A stretch of 64,000 nucleotides of DNA from Camelus dromedarius. Its lineage: Eukaryota. Each line of letters starts with the position of its first letter. The stretch's first letter is position 1. The stretch covers positions 46,068,001 through 46,132,000 of the forward strand of contig NC_087437.1 of the NCBI RefSeq assembly GCF_036321535.1, in the 5' to 3' direction. A program made the position numbers and the translations under genes. Below, in pieces: positions 62,631 through 64,000 of this stretch. Below the pieces are notes generated by a model. It saw only the letters and a program-made list of their open reading frames with translations, had not been told where the DNA came from and made no database searches.

Positions 62631-64000
62631 ATGTTGCTGTGCTTTAGAAATGTGTGCTCACTGGTTGGCTTCCATGAGGAAGGCCCAAGACAGGAGAAGC
62701 TGAGTCTGTGCAAAGCTGGCCAAGTTTCTAGCAGAAAAGCAGCTCAGAGTACCCAGGCTCTCCTCCTCCCCACCTCTCTTCTTTCCCGTCCCCAGCCCCT
62801 GCTTTGTCAAGCCAAGCAATAGACTCTGAACCAGGCTGCCACCATCTGAAGCCTGCACAATCCATCTGAAATCTTGGAACACCTGTCATGTGCTCCTTCT
62901 GGAAAAAGAGGATGAAATAACAACAATAATTCTTGATAATCAGTACAGGATTTAAAGTGTAGATTCCTTTTTTTCCCCCCACTCAGAAAGTCTGCAATGA
63001 TTCTATCAGATAATTTTTGATATTGGAAAAGTCTTTTTTGTTTGTTTTTGATTTTTTTTGAGGGCAGGAGTAATTAGGTTTATTTATTGATGTTGGAAAA
63101 GTTTTAAAATATTCTATGATAAAGCATGAAAAGATCATTTCACAAAGACAGATATTTTTGTACCAGAACGGGACATAACTCAATTTCTGCACTAGGTAAA
63201 TCTTTCTTGAGATAGTGTCTTTTTTCCTTGCCCTTGACTGGAAATACAAACATAGCTAGTCTTGGCTAATAATAACATCTCGATGTGTACAGACCTGGCC
63301 TTCCTCAACAGCTTGCTGAGTTATTTGTGTCAGAAAGGATTTTATCTTAAGTACATTTCTTCTATCACATGATGCACCACTGAATTTCCCATCACACAAA
63401 CATTCTAATCTCATTTACAGTCACAGAGGTTGAAAATAGATAATTAATCAGCATTTAAGTGCCTTACAATCTGTAAAGTAAACCAGATATGGCTAGACTG
63501 GAAGCCATGTGGAGCATTGCAGGGGCTCCGGATGGGGTGGGGTGGGGGTGATGGGGAGTCAGCTGTTAATGAGTCCTCTGACTTTCTGTGGATCCTTGAT
63601 TTCTCTGTCCCCCAGAGAAATTGAGTTTGTTTCTCCCAGTGTCTCTCCAATCCTCATGCAGTTGGTTGAGCATCATAGTTGTATTTCAGCTTAATTTACA
63701 ATATTGTCTTTATTCATGATTCAAGACAGACCAGGGCCACGTATAGGATTGCGGCAGCTTTTTCTGAACCTAGGAAATATGTGCTGGGAGGCCTGCCAGG
63801 GTCCTTGTTCTTAATCCTCTTTCATTGTACCAAACACTCCAGAGTGACAAGTTACACAGGAGTTGGGCTGGACTACTTTCCTCCTGTTCCTTCCTCCCTT
63901 CTTCCCTCTCTCTTGCTCTTGCTCGCTCACTTACTCTTGATCTCTCTCTCTTTCTTCACGCCTTCATTCATTTTTACGTTTAATTCCCGTAGCACTAAAT

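Noticed and set aside
63534..63556. G-quadruplex-capable G-runs (also the C-run at 37921-37946)
   Set aside because: Common in mammalian DNA and without functional context here.
26090..64000. Assigning a gene symbol to the CpG-island gene
   Set aside because: No coding exon was recognised; any name would be a guess.
1..64000. CRISPR arrays, operons, tRNA/rRNA genes or a novel multi-gene system
   Set aside because: No repeat-spacer arrays, structured RNA genes or dense non-repeat ORFs were seen; the long ORFs are retroelement-derived or look like chance frames.

Overview
Mammalian genomic DNA, AT-rich and about half repeats. The L1 3'UTR types and the absence of recognisable Alu, B1, Bov-tA/BovB, PRE1, Can-SINE or ERE copies suggest a camelid-like cetartiodactyl (inference). 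Positions 1-16.6 kb hold two LINE-1s facing tail-to-tail: an older decayed copy (+, 1-~6170) and a young, near-full-length copy (-, 10450-16630) with a perfect 14-bp TSD and only three frameshifting indels. A CpG island at ~26.1-26.95 kb has a strong + strand donor, and a second small GC/TATA-like promoter lies at ~32.1 kb. Together they suggest the 5' end of a + strand gene that I cannot name; the rest of the window looks intronic. It contains MaLR/MLT2 LTRs, MIR, L2, CR1, DNA-transposon relics, a decayed ERV-L pol and a younger solo LTR. No intact host protein-coding exon was recognised. The most unusual object is a 159-bp internal fragment of importin-13 (IPO13) coding sequence, without a poly(A) tail, inserted antisense inside the old L1's ORF2, where ~40 bp of L1 is missing. 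I found no evidence for a new multi-gene system. Repeat subfamily names and homologue comparisons come from memory, not from database searches.
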